The position numbers and the translations under genes are program-made. Below are positions 61,400-64,000 of a stretch of 64,000 nucleotides of DNA, piece after piece. A model generated the notes under the pieces. That model did not search any database and was not told the DNA's origin. It saw only the letters and a list, made by a program, of their open reading frames with translations. Position 1 is the first letter of the stretch, and the number at the start of each line of letters is the position of its first letter. This DNA is from Nitrosopumilus sp. (GTDB lineage Archaea > Thermoproteota > Nitrososphaeria > Nitrososphaerales > Nitrosopumilaceae): the NCBI GenBank assembly GCA_965205675.1, contig OZ242186.1, forward strand, positions 288,001 to 352,000. Direction: 5' to 3'.

Positions 61400-62595
61400 T
61401 AGAAGATTTAAGATTAGATAGTTTAGAGGGCGTAGGTCCTGTAACTACAAGAAAATTATCCGATGCAGGTGTCCACAACGTCATGGACCTCATCGTTAGA
61501 GGTCCTGTTGAAATTGCAGACATTACTGGAATGGAAAAGGATACTGCTGAGAAAATTGTCAATAAAGCCCGACAGCATTTAGTTGAAGGTGGATTAATTG
61601 CTAAAGATTTTGTTAGTGCAAGTGAAATTTACAAGTATAGACAAAGTATTGGTAAAATTACAACTGGTACTAATTGTCTTGACACTCTCTTTGATGGGGG
61701 TATTGAGACTCAAGCATTAACTGAAGTTTATGGAGAATTTGGTTGTGGTAAAACGCAATTTGCACACACCATGTCTGTAATGGTTCAAAAAAGTAAAGAA
61801 GAAGGTGGACTTGGAGGTTCTGTTTTATACATTGATACAGAAAACACTTTCAGACCAGAAAGAATTGTATCTATTGCTCAAGCACATGACATGGATCCTG
61901 AAAAAGTTTTAGATAATATCATAGTAGCCCGTGCATACAATAGTGCACACCAAGTACTAATTTTAGAAGAAGCTGGTCCTGTAATTGAAGAAAACAATGT
62001 TAAACTAATTGTTGCAGATTCTGCAGTAGGTCTATTCCGTGCTGAATATCTTGGCAGAGGAACATTATCTGTAAGACAACAAAAACTAAATCATTTTGTT
62101 CACTTGTTGTCTAGAATTGCAGAAACGTACAACTGTGCTGCAATTGCAACTAACCAAGTTATGGCATCCCCTGATGTCTTCTTTGGCGATCCAACTCGTC
62201 CAATTGGAGGAAATGTAGTTGCACATACAAGTACCTATAGAATTTACTTTAAGAAATCAGGTAAGAAACGAATTGCAAGAATGGTAGATAGTCCTCATCA
62301 TCCTGAAGAGGAGGTAATCTTTGCTCTAGGTGAAGCAGGAATTGTAGATCCTGAAGAAGTCGAGAAAAAGACCAAAAAAACTACCAAGAAAGCAGATGTT
62401 AAAAAAACTACCAAGAAAGCTAAGGAATCTGAGGTAGAGGCTACAGTAGAAACACCTGAGGTAGAGGCTACAGTAGAAACACCTGAGGTAGAGGCTACAG
62501 TAGAAACACCTGAGGTAGAGGCTACAGTAGAAACACCTGAGGTAGAGGCTACAGTAGAAATCGAATCTGATGATCTCGATCCTGTAGAAGAGTAA
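61396..62595 (+). CDS. radA: DNA repair and recombination protein RadA with repetitive acidic tail
   Basis: HhH N-terminal domain, GEFGCGKTQ, YIDTENTFRPER, ARAYNS, PIGGNVVAH. Confidence 0.98.
   Translation: MVEDLRLDSLEGVGPVTTRKLSDAGVHNVMDLIVRGPVEIADITGMEKDTAEKIVNKARQHLVEGGLIAKDFVSASEIYKYRQSIGKITTGTNCLDTLFDGGIETQALTEVYGEFGCGKTQFAHTMSVMVQKSKEEGGLGGSVLYIDTENTFRPERIVSIAQAHDMDPEKVLDNIIVARAYNSAHQVLILEEAGPVIEENNVKLIVADSAVGLFRAEYLGRGTLSVRQQKLNHFVHLLSRIAETYNCAAIATNQVMASPDVFFGDPTRPIGGNVVAHTSTYRIYFKKSGKKRIARMVDSPHHPEEEVIFALGEAGIVDPEEVEKKTKKTTKKADVKKTTKKAKESEVEATVETPEVEATVETPEVEATVETPEVEATVETPEVEATVEIESDDLDPVEE
62429..62560 (+). repeat. 27-bp perfect tandem repeat, about 4.9 copies (EVEATVETP)
   Basis: CTGAGGTAGAGGCTACAGTAGAAACAC repeated without spacers. 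Confidence 0.95.
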
Positions 62596-62684
62596 TCACT
62601 TTTTCTCCCATCTTTTCATTATTTTTGATTTTATGAGTCCTCATAAAATTATAAAATATCCCGTTTTGAATCTGTTAATACATC

Positions 62685-63740
62685 ATGACAGATCTTTATC
62701 GATTACTTCCAGAAGAGATGGAACAACTTGTAACAGATATGGGCTATCCTAGATATAGAGCAGATCAAATTTTACTTCCTCTTTATTACAAATTTCCAAA
62801 AGATCTCAATGATATTCCACAACTCCCTAAAAAATTAAGAGAGGAATTAATTACAACAGGATATACAATTGGCTCTGCAAAAGAAACTCATCGTGTTGTA
62901 AGTGATGATGGAGATACTACAAAACTATTGCTTAATCTTGATAACAATCAAGCTGTAGAAACTGTTCTAATGCAGTATGACCCATCTAAGATTGGTGGCC
63001 ATCCACGTTCTACAATTTGTGTATCTACTCAAATTGGTTGTACAATGGGATGTGTGTTTTGTGCAACTGGTCAAATGGGATTTAAAACAAATCTAAAAGC
63101 CGAACATATTGTGTCTCAAGTAATTCATTTTGCAAAAATATTACAAAAACGAGGAGAACATGTAACAAATTTAGTTTTTATGGGAATGGGAGAACCTATG
63201 GCAAATTATGATGAAATGATTCGAGCTGTTAAAATTTTAACACATGATAGAGGATTTGGATTAGGTCAAAGACACATCACAATTTCTACTATTGGACTTA
63301 AATCTGGAATTGAAAAACTTGCAGAAGAAAATCTACAAATTGGCTTGGCAATTTCTCTTCATGCCCCAAACAATGAATTGAGAAAAAAACTAGTTCCTAC
63401 TGCTACTCCTAATTCTGTAGAGGAGATAATTGAAATTGGAAGAGATTATTTTAAAAAAACTGGACGTCGTGTTACATTTGAATATGCACTTATGGCTGGA
63501 GTTAATGATTCACCTGAAATTGCCACAGAATTAGCTAGTCTTTTGAAGGGAAATGGTTCTCATGTGAATTTAATCCCAATAAATCCAACTGCAGGTGATT
63601 TCCAACGTCCATCAGAAGATAATGTACATGAGTTTGAACAAATTTTATCCAAGGCAGGGGTGAATTGTACAATTAGAATTGAAAAAGGAACTGAAATTTC
63701 AGCTGCTTGTGGCCAGCTCAGAACCGATCTTATTGACTAA
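62685..63740 (+). CDS. rlmN: 23S rRNA (A2503-C2) radical-SAM methyltransferase RlmN
   Basis: CVSTQIGCTMGCVFCATG, MGMGEP, ISLHAP, AACGQL. Confidence 0.95.
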   Translation: MTDLYRLLPEEMEQLVTDMGYPRYRADQILLPLYYKFPKDLNDIPQLPKKLREELITTGYTIGSAKETHRVVSDDGDTTKLLLNLDNNQAVETVLMQYDPSKIGGHPRSTICVSTQIGCTMGCVFCATGQMGFKTNLKAEHIVSQVIHFAKILQKRGEHVTNLVFMGMGEPMANYDEMIRAVKILTHDRGFGLGQRHITISTIGLKSGIEKLAEENLQIGLAISLHAPNNELRKKLVPTATPNSVEEIIEIGRDYFKKTGRRVTFEYALMAGVNDSPEIATELASLLKGNGSHVNLIPINPTAGDFQRPSEDNVHEFEQILSKAGVNCTIRIEKGTEISAACGQLRTDLID

Positions 63741-63795
63741 AATTTACCGAGTATGTACTAAGTCTTAAAATAGGGCTTTCCAAGGTTTTACACTC

Positions 63796-64000
63796 ATGGC
63801 AACTAAGAAATCCCATGGTCGTTCACATGGATTTAAGCATAAATCAAGATCTGTAATGAAGAAAAAGGCTCCTAGAGGAGTCTCATTTTTGTTACGTGAA
63901 TACCAAGAAGGTCAACAAGCACTTGTCATTATCGATCCAAGACAGCACAAAGGATTACCACATAGACGATACCACGGTAAAGTAGGTCTCATTACTAATG
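63796..64000 (+). CDS. rpl21e: 50S ribosomal protein L21e, 5' part; runs off the window
   Basis: MATKKSHGRSHGFKHKSR...IDPRQHKGLPHRRYHGKVG. Confidence 0.92.
   Translation, partial: MATKKSHGRSHGFKHKSRSVMKKKAPRGVSFLLREYQEGQQALVIIDPRQHKGLPHRRYHGKVGLITN

Noticed and set aside
62429-62560. 27-bp repeats as a CRISPR array
   Set aside because: Head-to-tail with no spacers, in frame inside radA, and no cas genes.

Overview
AT-rich chromosomal window from an ammonia-oxidising archaeon of the Nitrosopumilus/Nitrosopumilaceae type. Diagnostic genes are amoB-amoC-amoX-amoA, probable amoY/amoZ, type IB topoisomerase, radA, proteasome alpha subunit, archaeal pheST/trpS, and five tRNAs (two with BHB-type introns). 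Housekeeping blocks alternate with two accessory regions. (i) 7.6-17.1 kb is an island next to tRNA-Thr(GGT), packed with nested IS66, IS630, IS5/ISL2-like and ISH3-like elements, plus a destroyed toxin-antitoxin pair. (ii) 29-41 kb holds secreted proteins, a vanadium-haloperoxidase-type enzyme and two orphan LivJ-like binding proteins. High IS/MITE load and many pseudogenes suggest a host-associated lineage such as a sponge symbiont (inference). Top leads: an 18-bp palindrome shared by the radA promoter/start and the promoter of a small RHH-like Zn-binding gene (candidate repressor-radA regulon); an unannotated double-hairpin H/ACA-like RNA; a GNRA mini-hairpin at a fixed distance behind amoZ, amoY and an unannotated 33-aa membrane ORF; and an inverted tRNA-Thr att-like copy. 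All calls come from reading the sequence and remembered family motifs; no database searches were run.
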